From: Octopus bimaculoides
Taxonomy: Eukaryota
Assembly: GCF_001194135.2 (NCBI RefSeq)
Contig: NC_068996.1
Location: forward strand, 49,474,577-49,538,576
Direction of reading: 5' to 3'
Length of the DNA stretch: 64,000 nucleotides
Shown: in pieces, positions 63,539 to 64,000 of the stretch
How positions within the stretch are numbered: position 1 is the first letter of the stretch
Layout: each line of letters begins with the position of its first letter
Program-made: the position numbers and the translations under genes
The notes under the pieces: model-generated
Seen by the model: the letters and a program-made list of their open reading frames with translations, nothing else
Told to the model about the DNA's origin: nothing
Database searches by the model: none

Positions 63539-63740
63539 CAGTGGCTCTCAACCTGAGTCCGTTTAAGATTTTGTTGTTAAAAATTTATCTGCAATAAACT
63601 TGTTACAATTCCTAATACAATTTCTAAAAATATAATAGGTTTTTTTTTTTAAACATCGAATAACTATGGGGGTCCATCTGCGTAAAACAGGAATCAAAGA
63701 GGTCCGAGGGTAACAAAACAAAAATGGTTGAGAAACACTG
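63539..63740. mobile_element. hAT-like MITE
   Basis: TIRs CAGTGGCTCTCAACC / GGTTGAGAAACACTG; related interior at ~45890-46085 and lone ends at ~16192, 39530 and 44292. No clean 8-bp TSD. Confidence 0.55.
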
Positions 63741-64000
63741 GTGTGGATTGTGGCGGTTACGCGAAACTCTTGAGCAACAGTTTGCTGTGGTTTTTAAGTT
63801 TCAAGTTTCAATAAAACTTGATTGATTGAAGTTTTGCCTGATCAAGGCCCGTAACTTGCAATTGACTGCCCTGAAAACAATCCCTATGACAAGTCTATGC
63901 AAGATGTATCAATTTTACATCACAGTTTAAAAATACTGTTGCCATTGGTTACAAGTTTCCAGCAGGTCAATCACTACTAGTTCATTGCACTTCTAATGGC

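Overview
AT-rich eukaryotic genomic scaffold with about 10% N gaps. It is dominated by interspersed repeats that I recognise from memory as octopus-type (probably Octopus sp.; not database-verified). No complete protein-coding gene is visible, and almost all ORF-track entries are microsatellite, SINE or N-gap artefacts. The window contains: (1) a near full-length but disrupted Penelope-like retroelement (RT plus GIY-YIG, minus strand, ~5670-8867), flanked by an inverted repeat and interrupted by an RTE LINE fragment; (2) a 5'-truncated RTE LINE with a PHD-like finger inside its RT (20423-21972), many 3'-end fragments of related RTEs, and CR1-like and Tx1/L1-like remnants; (3) four tRNA-headed SINE families, a mariner deletion derivative, piggyBac-like and hAT-like MITEs, and a Helentron-like element; (4) one well-supported internal coding exon (37682-37900, +) and a few weak exon candidates. 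The most interesting signal is a set of fold-back elements carrying minimal type I hammerhead ribozymes. Two motifs look intact (15566-15617 +, and 22253-22303 - with a compensatory G3:C8 core pair) and two tandem copies are decayed (49.8 and 50.6 kb). They look like non-autonomous Penelope pLTR- or retrozyme-like elements. Short TTAGGG tracts grown on telomere-like seeds, a SINE-tail-derived 93-bp satellite at two loci, and a pre-miRNA-like hairpin are also notable. Coordinates were read by eye, so repeat boundaries are approximate.
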